Shown here: positions 28,780 to 41,952 of the stretch, in pieces
How the letters are laid out: each line of letters starts with the position of its first letter
Position numbering within the stretch: position 1 is the first letter of the stretch
From: the human T2T-CHM13v2.0 reference genome, Homo sapiens
Strand: one strand, 5' to 3'
Assembly (NCBI RefSeq): GCF_009914755.1
Contig: NC_060926.1
DNA length: 64,000 nucleotides
Made by a program: the position numbers and the translations under genes
Notes under the pieces: generated by a model
Database searches by the model: none
The model's input: the letters and a program-made list of their open reading frames with translations, nothing else
What the model was told of the DNA's origin: nothing

Positions 28780-29570
28780 TCGGGACTCCACATCCCAACA
28801 AACCTCCCTTCCGCGGCAGTCACTACCTTTGCAGCACTCTGGCCCTGCCCTCCTCCTGCCACGTGTCGGACCCCTGCTGGGCTGGCCCTCCTTTCCTACT
28901 CTGCGACACCCCTATCCCCCCCTCCCCTATCCTGCCCGCTCCCGCACCCGGTCCCTCTCCCCGGGCCTCGCGACTCCGGCGATTCAGCTCCGGGTCCCCG
29001 CCCGCAGGGTAACGCGGTTGTCATGGACACGGCACCTGCGCCCTACGGCGGTGCCCCTTCGCCGCCGTCCCCTCCCCCCACCTGCGGCGCCGAGCCTGCC
29101 GCGCCTCCAGAGCTCCGCCCTACCCCGCCCCGCCCTTTCGGGCGCTCCCCAGGCCGCGCGCGCCCGCGGCCCCCCACCCAGCCACCCCTCGATGCCCGGT
29201 GCCTTTCCAGGCGCCGCGGAGCCACGGGGACCGCGGGGGCGCGCGAGCGAGCAAGCGGCCGCGCATGCGCACTGGCTGCCTCCCCTAGCGGCGATCCGGG
29301 CCGCTGCCGCTCGCGCTTGGGCAGGACGCGGGGCGGGCGGGGGGAGGGGGGAGCGGCTTCGCTTCCAGCCCCGAGTGAGGCGGAGACCCAGGCGGGCGGG
29401 CAGAGCAGGCGGCACCGCACCTCGGCCAGAGGCGGCTGCAGCAGCTGCTGCCCTTGTCCCTGCCGCCGCCTCTCCAGTCCCTTCTGTGATTACCACTCCA
29501 GCTGCTGGGAACGGGCGAGAAAGAGGAGGAGGCGAGAAACTCCCACCGACCCACAGAGGTGAGTCCCGGG
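28780..29570 (+). promoter_or_regulatory. CTNNA2: CpG-island promoter of CTNNA2
   Basis: Very high GC and CpG density versus flanks; GC boxes (ccccgccccgccc ~29123, ggggcgggcggggg ~29330); NRF1 motif GCGCATGCGCA 29261-29271; no TATA box. Confidence 0.9.
29370..29558 (+). other. CTNNA2: Non-coding first exon (5'UTR) of alpha-N-catenin; start approximate
   Basis: No ATG; strong donor GAG|GTGAGT at 29558/29559; end ...GAAACTCCCACCGACCCACAGAG matches my recollection of CTNNA2 mRNA upstream of GGAGCATG (recall, not a search). Confidence 0.8.
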
Positions 29571-29576
29571 CAGAGC

Positions 29577-29872
29577 ATCCTCCATCCCTGCCTGCCTCCC
29601 TCCCTCCCCACCTCCCTCCCATCCTCTCCATCCTCCCCCCTCCCCGCTCCCCAACCCTCCCTCCCTCATCCTTCCCAACATCCCTCTCTCCTCTCCCCTC
29701 CTTTCTCCCTTCCAGCCTTTCTTTCATCCCTTTCTTCCTCTCTCCCAGCCCCACTTCCTTCCCACCCTTTCTTTCTTCCCCGTCTTCCTTGCAGCCACTC
29801 GCCCTAGAGCACAGCTCTGCATCCCTTTCCTCTTGTCTCCATCTCTTCTTCCCCCCTTTCTTACCTCTTCCC
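29577..29872 (+). repeat. ~300-bp CT-rich polypyrimidine/polypurine tract at start of intron 1
   Basis: Nearly purine-free runs of ccctccc/ccttccc. Confidence 0.9.
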
Positions 29873-32800
29873 CGGTGGGAGGGTGGGAGCATCCCTTGCC
29901 TGCTACAACTGTCCGGATTCAGGGGTTCCAGAAAATTGGGTGCATATACTGAGAGACACACTCTTAAACAGCGGGTGCCCTGCAGATTCCTAAATTTTTA
30001 GGATGAAGGGTCAAGTTGGGTAGAGTACTGGGAACTGGAGGGAGAAGAGGATCGAAGAAGAATCTGTGGATTTGTGCTATATTAGGGTGGGGGTGGGGAG
30101 GGTTGTCACTTGGACATGCTGCCAACAGCCCCCATACCCCTCTTCAGCAGTTTCTTTTTTTCTTCTGGGAATTACATATTTCCAGTGTGTGTCTCACCAA
30201 TTTAAAATCCAGCCTTCCCTGCTTTGATTGTCTCCGTGAGAAACCACAACGAAAAAGGAGAAGAGAGGAAAGGAACAAGAGAGAAAAAGGGGAGGGGAGA
30301 GGAAGGGAGGTGGCAGTGGAAGCTTGTGTTCTTTTCCCCTAGGCCTCTTTGGTTTGACATTTTCAAACCACCCGCCTCATATTTGGCTTGGAATTGAACC
30401 CGTGTGTCCTTGGTCCTGTCACTACCTACTTCAAAGGCAGAAACTCTCTAAACTTTAATGCCTGTGCACCACAGCATTATTTATGGAATGTTTTGCTCAG
30501 CATACAAAATACCAAGATAGAAAGGTTTGGGAAAATAGGGAGCAGAAGGGTGGAAGAGAGGTACTTTTGTTCATCATGGGTTAACTTCTCAAGTAGGATA
30601 ATGGTTAGACAGTTTTGGAGAAATGAGGTTATACTCCACAGGCTTGTAAATATACCATTTAGATGGCATTAGCTGCATTAGAGCCTTTAACAGACACCCT
30701 TACCCATTTTCACCCACCTCGTAGGACCCCTGAAGATGTTTAAAGAGAAACATGCTGTGTGATTCTGTTTGTGGCTTACACCAATGGAAAAGTTGAATTA
30801 GCTTCGGAACCATTGTTAATAATTTAAAATTGCTGTTGGTTTTACATCACTTATTTTCACAGAATGCTATAATTTACCTTGCTCTCTTCAGCTTGCATTC
30901 TAACCCCTTACATTATACATGTTATTGGCAATTTGACAATTCTTTCTGTTAGCATTGCTGCTGTAAAGTTTATTTTTACATGGCGGGACAGCCATGCCTC
31001 AGAATGTTTAGCATATTTATCATCTCAGAAGGGTCCAACAGTGTAAGTATAAATCAAAAATGGATATTTTGAAGCCTATATTTTGTTCTATTTATATTCT
31101 CCTAAAACAACAGACCAAAAAACCTTAATATCTTTAGAATAGCTGTGTTTTGTGTTTAAGGAGTATGTGTGAGGGACCAAAATTAATGGTGGATTCTTTG
31201 AAGTTGCCAGTAAGACACTATGCTGTGGAACACATTATTGATTTTTTTCTTTTCATTTAAATTATTATATGACAGTAGTGCAATATGCAGTTTTGCATTT
31301 TATGGGAGTGTAAAGCAGGAGTTGAGATGAAGAGAATTGCCTTCCTAAGTGATTGAGTGCTGATTTGATGAAGAGCTGATAGTTAATCACCTGAGTCAGT
31401 GCTGGGGAAGTGTGTAATATTAGGAGTGATGGACTCCTTCAACTCCCCATGGTAGGAATGCAATTCCATTAATGGCTTGGCTGACTCTTCAGCCATGTAA
31501 CTAAAGCTTGGTTGAATTACCAGTGTTACCAACATCCTGATGCAGATTGCAGTCAACCCTGTGTGTATTGGAATGCTTGCATTACTTAATAGTGAACTTG
31601 TAGATAGGAGTGTTTTCCTTGTTGGTGTTCCTTTCCCTAGAATACCGTGAAACAAGTGAAAGACTGTCATGTTAATTATACATGAGCATAATAAGTTAGT
31701 TTTGTCCAAATTTCTTTCAAAAGACTTTTCCCCTGCCAGTATGTCTGCTGTTCTTTGTGGGGCTTCAGAGTTGTGAATGTGGGGAGGTGGCAGCCCCTCT
31801 ATGGGCTTTGCTCTTTCTTTGTTGCAGTTTTTCTGCAGAGTGGTGTGGGTGTATGCCCCAGTTTTTGATACTGTGCTTAGTATAGAAACACAGGTACTTT
31901 TCACTTGCCTCCTTTGTAAACATTAGTCCACTGAGTGGAAACAAAACATACCAAGTTATTAAAGAACTAGCAAACAAAGTAACATTTTTTTACAGCAAAA
32001 TTTTAAGAGAGATGAGTACAATTAATAAAATGTGCATTTTAGAAGAGCAACTAGTGTCTTTGAAAAGCAGCTTGCCTCCTTGACTATAATCCAGTTTGCA
32101 GATAAAGACTGACTTCCTCTGAAGAATTTCATTTCTAGAGGCTTCTGTCTTTAGTTGACTGGACCTTTAAAAATACATGATACAATAAAGAGCCAATAGA
32201 AGATCTTATGGACCCCTGTAAAATGTATTCCGGATATATTCTCTGTGTCTCCCTCCCTCAGAGCTCTTAACACCTGCCTAACCCTAGGCTGAGTGGTGTG
32301 AGGCATTCCAAGAAAGTAGAAAGAAGTAAAAGACACTCTCTTTGACCTCAGCTTACAGTCTAGTTGAGGAGAACAGGCATTTGCATGAGGTCCTATTTCA
32401 CAGTGGCAAGTAACAAGATCTTTGGAGACAGCTTTAGATGTGAGTACAGGCTCTAGTTCTTAGGAGGATCATGTCCTTGTGTACAATTTAAATCTGTTTT
32501 TTCATCTATAAAATGAAAATTGTAAGGGACTCTGATTCATGGGCTTGCTTTAAAGGTTAAATGTGTTTAGCTCAGTACTTGGTACAAACAAAACATGTAT
32601 TAAGTAAACATTATTATAATTAGGAGAAATCACTTAAACACATTCCAAGACCATATATGATTATGTACTAGAAAGACAGAAGCGCAAGTAAGTACTAGAG
32701 GAATTGGGAAGAAGACGGGTGTCTGTGTAGCTGGGAAAATATTATATTTGGTAGTAGCACTGGAGCTTGGACAGAGACTCCTGGGAATGATTTCATGCAG

Positions 32801-35194
32801 GGTGGGCTGGAACAAAAGCAGAGAGGGAGGAAAAGGCATGGTGTGTTTGAAGAACATTAGAGAGACTATTTACTGGAAGATTTGGCATACAGGTGAATGT
32901 ATTGAAAGGTAGAGTACATACAGTCAGAGTAATTATACTATCACTGGGTTAAGACAACTTCTAGTGTGGGATCCATTTCATTACATAGAAGGTTCAGCTA
33001 CCCATGGAGGTAGTTTCAGTTCTTTATCTCACCTAAAGCCCCATCCTGAGACATGGAATCCATGATCGGTGTCATAGTGAGGACCCAGAATATTCTTAGG
33101 TCTTTTCTTTTAACTTCAAGGCAGAGGGAAAACTTGACCTTTGCTGAACAATAAAGATTTAATATTATGGTTACTATAACTCTCCCTCATTTTTCCTTAT
33201 CCCATGAATATTCCAGGACTATATCTCGTTGTATAATAACTAAAATTATTGTATTTTGACCTATGTGAAGCCAGTACTTGTTAGGGTAATTGTATTTCCA
33301 GGGGCTTATTTACTTTTCCTAATTACAAAAGCCCCTTTTCATTGGTGTCCGAGATTATTAATAAATTCTAAATGGATGGTGCTCTTTCAGTTTTGTGGCT
33401 GTGAGACTAATGTGTGATGAGGATAGAGAGTCTAGGAAGGAATTTGCATGGAGCAGGTTAAGTATACTCTCTGTGTGGAGAGACAGATGCTCACTGGCTA
33501 CATCTGTTGGCATACCTTTGTTTTTAGTTGAGGTTCATAAACTATTTTGAAAAATTTATCCATAAAATCTTTATCCAACAGCATAAGTGATATGAATTGA
33601 ATTCTTTTATTCAAAAATGGATTTCCAGAAAATTTTACCCACAAGTTTGAAGTATCAGTATTTATCATGCTCATGTTTAACCCATTTTAATAGACACAAT
33701 TCCATTGTTTTCTCCCAAATAGTAAAATGTTTCTCATATATTTCTGTTTTGTAGTTCAAATAATATACAAAATTGTCCTCCTGAATATTATCTTAAGATA
33801 TATTAGTCATAAACACAAATATATTTCTAAAAACTAATGTAAATATACTTCTAAAAACTAACAGACCATAGACTGTAGTAGTTTTATTTTTTATGTTGAG
33901 ATCTTTCTTAATTGATGTTTTAAAAATTCAGCAAATCTAAATCATACATTTTCAGATGTATTGCTGCTAGTCAGCTTTATATTATACTACCAGAGATTTT
34001 TGACATTTTTATTTTCCTTATAAGTGAATTTTTACCTCAGAGCTGAATTCTAACTCAGCCATAAATTTGCATTATATACCTCTTTGAAATTATTACTCAT
34101 AACACATTTTACAAAACATAGTGATAGTCTAACTTCAGACACCTTAATTTTCTAGGGCTTTACTATTGAACACTATTTTATTTTTCCTTTTATTAATAGG
34201 CCTTATCTGCGTACACAACTATTAGACTATTACATTTCAGGTATTAGGAAAACTTGCATTAACAGGAGTGAAAAAGCAGGTATGTTCCCCATACGTGAGG
34301 GTGGTGACCAAACAGGGAGGTGGAGTAAGGATGAGACAGAATGAATTAATTGTGTTTTCTCTTTTGAGCTGAAGGATGTATAACTATCTGTTCAATTAGG
34401 GGTTTTCTAAATTTTTGCTGCGATGTCTACTATAATCTATGTTTTAGTTGCTTTAAAGTAAGTTTATATGTAAATTTCAATGAATAATTTTTAAAACTAG
34501 AGCATGGATAAAAAAGTAATATAAATCATATGTTGATTTTTCAGTATGTTGCTACTTGTAGACATCGGGCTATTTTGTTTGCTAGGCAGTTTTGGGGGAA
34601 GCCAGGTAATACATTTATGGGATGTATTGAGATGGAGATACATTAAATAAGATCCTAACTTGCTACAGTGTTTCTACATTAAATGAGTGGACATGCCAGA
34701 GGGCTAGAGATAAAAAAGTCCTTGAGTTGTATATGGTCTCAAGGGCCACAGAGCCATAATAGAAAATTAATAGAAAGCTTCTGAGATGTTCATATTCTGC
34801 AAGTTGAGTTTATGTTGTTCATTATGTATCTGCAGTAGGTCCAATATCTTTTTTATGGCCCCTTGATGTTTTGGAACTAAAACCATGGACTCTTGATGGA
34901 GCTATGTCAGTTGTTCTTCCACATCCCACCCAGAAACCACAAGGACTCCAGAAATCACCAGAGGATCTGATGTTCCCATGTTTTATTTGTAAGCATTTGG
35001 TGAAAATTCAGTCTTCCAAGTTTATCTTAAATTCATAGGGCCTGAAGCAGTTGTTAAATATCATCAATCTATCTTTCAGTGAGGAAGTAGCAATGTCCCT
35101 TAACTACTTTATAAAGAGCTAATTGTACTCAATTGTTTCCGGGAAAGGGTATCCTACAGTCTTTTAGAGTTTACCACTTCATTCTGTTTCTTCA

Positions 35195-35749
<555 letters not shown>

Positions 35750-36454
35750 CTAGAGATTATAATTTTATAAGCACACTGAACCAAGGCAACTGGATTCCCC
35801 TCCAGGTTTTCAACCAGCTAATTAATTTGTTATGTGATTAAATAAGCCTCAAACTCTCCAACACTTATTTATTTTATCTGCCTTTTGAGTGACTTAGACG
35901 TATATCTAGCTATAAAATTCTATAATTCTACATGTGTTTTTTTCTTAAAATTTCAAGGCAAATGATTTGTTTTCATTGTGTTCCATTTGTTTTTTCTTTT
36001 GAAACATAAACTTCTGCTGCATAAGGAAAAAAAAACTTCACCTTCAGTGGCATATGCTTTCCCTTTCCCAATAAAATTGCAAATTTAGCTTCACAGTCTC
36101 TGGGCAAACTGTGAGGGACTAAGTAACCTGTCTTTTCTTATCTCTCCATCCTTCCCTCTCTTTCATTTTGAAACTTCTTCCTACATTGAAGGTACAAGTC
36201 AGTTGCTACCACTATTTAGGGACTCTCCCAGTGTGTGGTTGGCTTGTTTCGGCCATGCCAATGTTTGTGAAAGACTATATGGCATTTATGCATTTAGAAT
36301 GAAGTAATGTTTATTTAAGAAATTATATATGCTTTAAGGTTAATATTTCTGCCTCAGGCATAGCAAAGCCTTGCTTATCCCCCTAAATTCTATTTCAGAG
36401 GACCTGGTGGTCACCAGTCTTCCTACCAATCCAGCTCCAAATTCCCATTAAAAT

Positions 36455-37410
36455 TATTTTAGTAAAATTTTGGGCATATGTTTTATACAATAAAGTGTAC
36501 CCATTTTAAGTGAATACTTTGTTGTGGATTGACAAACACACCTGTGTAACCAGCAGTGCGATCAAGATACAGAATATATCTGTTACCCTAAAATCTTCTC
36601 TTCCGACTGATCTGCTCTCTGTCACTATAGATTCTTTTTTCCTATTCTAGAAATTGATATAGGTTGAATCACAGAATATGTGCTCATTTTTATATTCCTT
36701 TTTGCATTGAGCATAATGTTTGTGGGATCAATCTATGATTTTGAGTACATAAACTTCTAGAAGAAAATATAGGAGATAATCTGTGATGTTGGATTAGGCA
36801 AAGATCCCTTAGGACCCAAAAAGCACTAATCATAAAATTTAAAAGAAAAGATGCATTAGACTTTATCAAAGTTAAAGAAAGAAGTTTTGCTCTTCAAAAG
36901 ACAAAAGGTTTGTTAGAACTACATGTCTCTCTCTGTATGTTTGACAAAGGACTTTATCTAGACTATGTATAGAACTCTTGCAACTCAGTAAGAAGACAGG
37001 CAATCCATCTAAAAAATGAACAAAATATGTGCTGAGATATTTCACACAAGAAAATATACAAATATCTAATGAGCACATGATAACTCTATAATTCACCGAA
37101 ATAATTAAATTTAAAACCACAGTGTGATACCACTATCCAAACACTAAAATGACTAAGTTGTAAAGACTGGCAATACCAAGTTTTGGAGAGGATGTGAAGC
37201 AACTGTGATACTCATACATTGCTGGTGGGAATGTAATACTTTGGGAAACAGTTTGGCAGTTTCTCTTAATGTTAAAAATACTCTTACCATACGATCCAGA
37301 AACTCCACTCCCAGGTGAAATGAAAACATATGTACAAGGACTTTTGCATGAAAATTAATAACAGCATACTCATAATAGCTTCAAACTAAAAACAACCAAA
37401 ATACCTGTCA
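36455..37410. mobile_element. Old L1M(E) pieces: antisense 3'UTR (~36455-36745) abutting sense ORF2/3' part (~36750-37410)
   Basis: aaagtgtacccattttaagtg (antisense 3' end); aacttctagaagaaaatataggag...ctcatacattgctggtgggaatgtaa (sense). Confidence 0.7.
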
Positions 37411-37455
37411 AATTCCTATTTGAAAGTTACCCCTTTGAGATAGAAAACAAAGCTG

Positions 37456-37459
<4 letters not shown>

Positions 37460-37486
<27 letters not shown>
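37460..37486. repeat. (TA)n microsatellite
   Basis: Direct observation. Confidence 0.95.
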
Positions 37487-37489
<3 letters not shown>

Positions 37490-37490
<1 letters not shown>

Positions 37491-38010
37491 TTTAAGGTGC
37501 GCTATTTAATATATGTTACCTGGCAGCAGAGGAAGGGGAATACATTGGAAAAGATTTCTAAAATGACAAGAAATGCAGAGGATGGGAGACATGGGCTTAA
37601 TTTCTGCTTTCTACATTTCTCTTGTCTGTGCTCAGTCTGCATGTTGACTGCTTCCTCAGCCGGTGCTATGATCACTTCTTTAGTTCCTAGCACACCGTCA
37701 TGCAGCAGCAGCGTCTCTTCCTGCAGAATGAGGAGGTTTTTGCCAAAAGCCCTCCTGCAGACTTCTCTCTTATGTCACTGGCCAGCACTGAATCACATGG
37801 ACATTCCCAGTCTAGTCAATGGCAAGGGGAATGGGAATACCATGAATGATAGGCGCTTAGACTAAATCAGGATTTACTGGCTGGGACTATGTATGGGATT
37901 AGCCTTCACTGGGTGGAGGAGGTTAGGGGACTGATGAACAGAGTAGCAATTCTTTTAATGAGGAAGAGGTAAATGATTGTTGGGTAAGTAAGCAGCAGTG
38001 TTTGTTACAA
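37490..38010 (-). mobile_element. MLT1-type LTR remnant
   Basis: gcagacttctctcttatgtcactggccagcactgaatcacatgg...ggcaaggggaatggga motif. Confidence 0.5.
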
Positions 38011-38609
38011 TTTGATATAGAGGCCTGCCTTGTTCTCAGGTTTTGGCAAGAGGTTGAAGCAAAAAGCTGAGATTGTGGTCACAACTTTTTATTGTGGGAG
38101 AGTGTATGCAGAAACAGGTGACAGAGGGCAACGTGGCACAAGAAGGAGAAAATTTAGATTCTAGCCCACAGCATGAACTGGAGGGGCAGGGAATCTGGAC
38201 CCAAGGGAACAATTTAAAGTGGGCAAGCATACAAATAGTGACAAGCAAAGCCAAGCACATTGGGGCCCATGGAGTTGGGACAGGAAGCAAAAGTCAGTGC
38301 TGGCAGTAGTCTGGAATCCAGGCAGGCAAATTCGATTGCAGTTTGCCCATCTGTGAAATCAGGACCTCAGGCAAGAAGATTTTCATGTTTTGCTTGTTAA
38401 GGCAGAAGCCAAAACAGTAATTATTTTCTACTTTTTTTCCTAAGGTGTTCTCAACCACTCTAGATTCTGTCTTAAGGATAGGAGCCGCACCTTCCATTTT
38501 TCTAGTATTCTCCTGTGTCATTGCTGGGCCCACAGTAATTCCTTCATAAATGCTTGTTGATTCAACTAAGTCTCTGAACTCGCTCCATCTTCAAACAGAT
38601 CCTCAGATT

Positions 38610-39150
38610 TCTGGTCATATGTAACAGCCATTTACAAATGCTTTCCTACAAGTTATCGAAACCACTGTTTTGAGGGGCACGGTCCTGGAGCCATACGTGA
38701 GTAAGACACAGTGCCTTGTCTCATAAGTTGACAATCTAGTAGGGGCTATAAGATGAATACCTGAACAGTTTAATACCAGACAGAATGATCGAGTGTGTCC
38801 TGCAGTGTGGTACTGATGCCACAGTGGCGTGGGGCAAAAATCCAGGCTGACACAGAATCAGCAACTTTGCTTCAGCAATGGATGGGAATAAGAGTATGGA
38901 GGAGGGGGTGACCTTGTATTAGTACTTTCAGATTCAGTCCTGTCTTGGTCTGGGAACTGGGACAGGGCTGGCCTGCCAGGGAGATGAGATCAATGAGCAC
39001 AGCAGTGGGAGAGGTGGAGAAATCACATTCAGGAGAACTAAAGCTGGGACACTGATAACTACTCGGTAGGTAGCTGAAAAGTGAGACTAGAGTGAAGGGG
39101 AGAGGCTGGGAGTAGAGAAATATTTTGGCATTATCTATACAGAGGTATCT
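38610..39150 (-). mobile_element. L2 remnant
   Basis: gtgagtaagacacagtgccttgtctcataagttgacaatctagt and downstream purine-rich L2-like text. Confidence 0.45.
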
Positions 39151-39189
39151 CAAGAATCCAATAACAGAAGATACATTGTTTCAAAAAGA

Positions 39190-40760
39190 ACATGTTTTGT
39201 CTTTTGCACTTACAGTAATAAATGCCCATTGTAGAACATCTAGAAAATAACAAGAAAAAGAGTCTGGAAAATAAAAATCACTGCAGTCCAACTATTCAGT
39301 GAACATTTGGTGAATTTCTTTCCCCCCGTGAGTATATCTGAGTTATATAGTGAGGGTGTTTTCAAGTACAGCTGAGATCATAGGTATATATAAATTTGTA
39401 TATTATTTTTAACTAAATATATCTAAGCGTTTCCTGCCATAATAAAAATTCTTCCTCTACATTAGTTTTTGTGTAACATTGCATTTTTTTGGAATTTAAG
39501 TATTCAATTTTTGGCTGTCTACAGAGATAAAATGTCTGGGTTGATCTGCCTTCAATATGGGCTGTGGCATGGGCAGAAGATTGATTTTGGGGGCCCCAGG
39601 AGACTGCTTCAAAGAAATAGAGGTGAAGGTTTGTGTAGCTGTGTATATACATATATATTTTTTTCTTAAATGGTAACATGATGTTCTATACTTTATTTTC
39701 ATTTTACATATAGTTTAAAGATATCTCCACACTGGTTCAAAAACATATACACCATTGTTTTTTTTAACTCTTGCCTATTACTTTATAGTGTGGTTGTACC
39801 ATGGTTTATTTAATCCTTATTTCCATGTACATTCAGTTTGTTTGTGCTATTATGCTATTTCAAACAATGCTAAGATGAACATCCTTATACAGGTTTATTG
39901 TCTACATGTACTAATGTATTTTTTAAAGGTAAACTCATAAATGCAGTTGTTGAGTCATAAGGTCTGTGAATTTTAAATTGTAATAGTGCCAAATTGCTCT
40001 TCCAATTGTTAGTACCTTCCACCAACAATATGAAAGTGCATATTTCTTTACCCTTTTGCCAATACGTGATAATTTTAAACTTGTAAAAGTTTACCAATGA
40101 ATAGGTAAGAAGAATACCTCTTTTTTAGATAAATTTGTTTCCCAGATTTCTAGAGGTTATCTTTTCATTTGCTTTCTGTCTAATGGCCTAATGTCTTGCC
40201 TTTGCTGTGATGAGTGTGTTCATGTTTTCCAAGTTTTTTTGCATGACTTAGTTATTTTAATTTAAGGACTGAATTATATTCTCTGGGTATAAGTAATTTG
40301 TTGTTATTCCTGAATTAATGATATACTATTAAAACTACTATTATGATTTCTAGTAGGTGATGGTTTCTTTCCCCAAAGTTTCATCTCTATTTTTACATCT
40401 TTATTTTCAGAAGAATATGATAATCAGGTTATCAATTTGAAAACAACACTGTATTTTAGTTAGTATTATATTTAATTTAAGATAATTTTGAGGGAGAAGT
40501 GACAACTCTCAATTCATAATCTTTCCATTGGCAGGTCTCTTTATTCAAGTCTTTTTTGTGTCCTTCAGTAACATAAATAGCCTTCTTTATAGAAGGAAAT
40601 ATTTCTCATTTTGTGTTATTGCTATCTTGTATGAGTTTTTATTACCGTTGGGAAAGGGATTTTATTCTTTAATATTTCCTAATAGGTTATTGCTGATGTA
40701 GAAATTATTCTTTTTGATTTTTATATTTGGTTTTGTCTCCTGTCACTTTGTTGAAATACC
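39190..40760 (-). mobile_element. Highly decayed L1ME region
   Basis: gccaaattgctcttccaa...ccttccaccaacaatatgaaagtgc; tttcaaacaatgct; boundaries approximate. Confidence 0.6.
39532..39628 (+). CDS. CTNNA2: Coding part of alternative exon giving N-terminal extension MSGLICLQYGLWHGQKIDFGGPRRLLQRNRGE(GS) of alpha-N-catenin
   Basis: Possible acceptor ctacag at 39524; ATG 39532; donor GAAG|GTTTGT 39628/9; 97 nt = 32 codons + 1 nt, in frame with recalled exon 2 start GGAGCATG (34 extra aa, consistent with a longer isoform I recall). Confidence 0.65.
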
Positions 40761-40844
40761 TTATTGGTCCAAAAAAACGTGCCCTTGTGTTTTTCTTAGC
40801 AATTTGTATTACCTCTTTTATATGTTAAGAGTTCATAGTTTAAA

Positions 40845-40881
40845 TACACACAAACACACACACACATACACACACACACAC
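40845..40881. repeat. Interrupted (CA)n microsatellite
   Basis: Direct observation. Confidence 0.9.
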
Positions 40882-41817
40882 CCCACTTACAAGCCTTATT
40901 TACATGAAAATGATAACATATACTTTTTATTTCAGTGTCTTCTAATTTTAAATAATTTTTTGTCTTCTATCTTAGATTTAGTGTGAATGAGACACTGTTC
41001 AGATTGGAAATACACTGTCTATACTGTACTCCAGACACACCTATTTTGCTTTTAAAATTATTCTCAATATCTGTCTTTTCCATAGTAACGTAAGTATATT
41101 TATACCAATATCAGTATATTTGTGAATCTTTCCATTTGGAGTAAGCATAGTGTGTACATGAATTTCATATGTTCACTTCCAGAAATTTACTTGGCACTTT
41201 TATAGATGTTTCTCAGTATTCCATGGTGCTTTTTTTTTTTGTATGCTATTCAAAGGCACGGGCCATGTCTTTTCTATATCTTGGATAGAGTTGAGTGAAT
41301 AATGATCTAATGGTGGTGACAACATGTTTGATTATGCTAATGCCTGTGATAGTAAACTTTTTTTATTTATCCAAGTGACTTTATTGTTTGGATATCTAAT
41401 TTTTTAAATATTTTGTCATCATTTGCATTTTGAAGCTGTTGTGCTAATACGAGACCTTCATTCCACATCCATCATTGTTTGTTAGAAATGTGTCAGTATT
41501 GATACAATAGCCAGTACAGCAGCACTAAGAAGATTTTACAGTCTCCAGTTCGTACCCACATAGAATTTTATTTTTTGGCAGTAAGATCTTCTTATTCAAA
41601 CCTGAGAGGAAGCTTAACATGGGTAGTATTTTCATGATTTTTCAAATCACGAAAATGGTTATTTTGAATGAAAATCTTTCACTGATTATACAAATTGAGA
41701 AAATGGGCTAATTGCCTTGAATTGTAATTGTTCATCTGGTCTAGTCTTTCTGCATACATATCAGTATTGATTTATCATTAATGAACCCATCATCTTAAAA
41801 CCCTGTGAGCCATTCTA

Positions 41818-41952
41818 TTAGGTTGGTGCAAAAGTAATTGCTGTTTTCTCCATTAAAGGTAATGGCAAGATTGCTTTTACATTACATTATTACATTACAT
41901 TACATTATTAAAAGTAATGGCAAAAACCACAATTACTTTTGTACCAACCTAA
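41818..41952. mobile_element. MADE1 (Hsmar1-derived MITE) with internal expansion
   Basis: TIRs ttaggttggtgcaaaagtaattgc / caattacttttgtaccaacctaa; TA on both flanks; 135 bp versus ~80-bp consensus. Confidence 0.92.

Noticed and set aside
28829-30001. Long overlapping ORFs (390, 325, 179 aa) over the CpG island
   Set aside because: Pro/Ala/Arg/Gly low-complexity products expected from stop-poor GC-rich DNA; they run through the splice donor and show no recognisable domain
31383-31904. 173-aa minus-strand ORF
   Set aside because: Non-ATG start and no recognisable homology; probably chance, though the region may be regulatory
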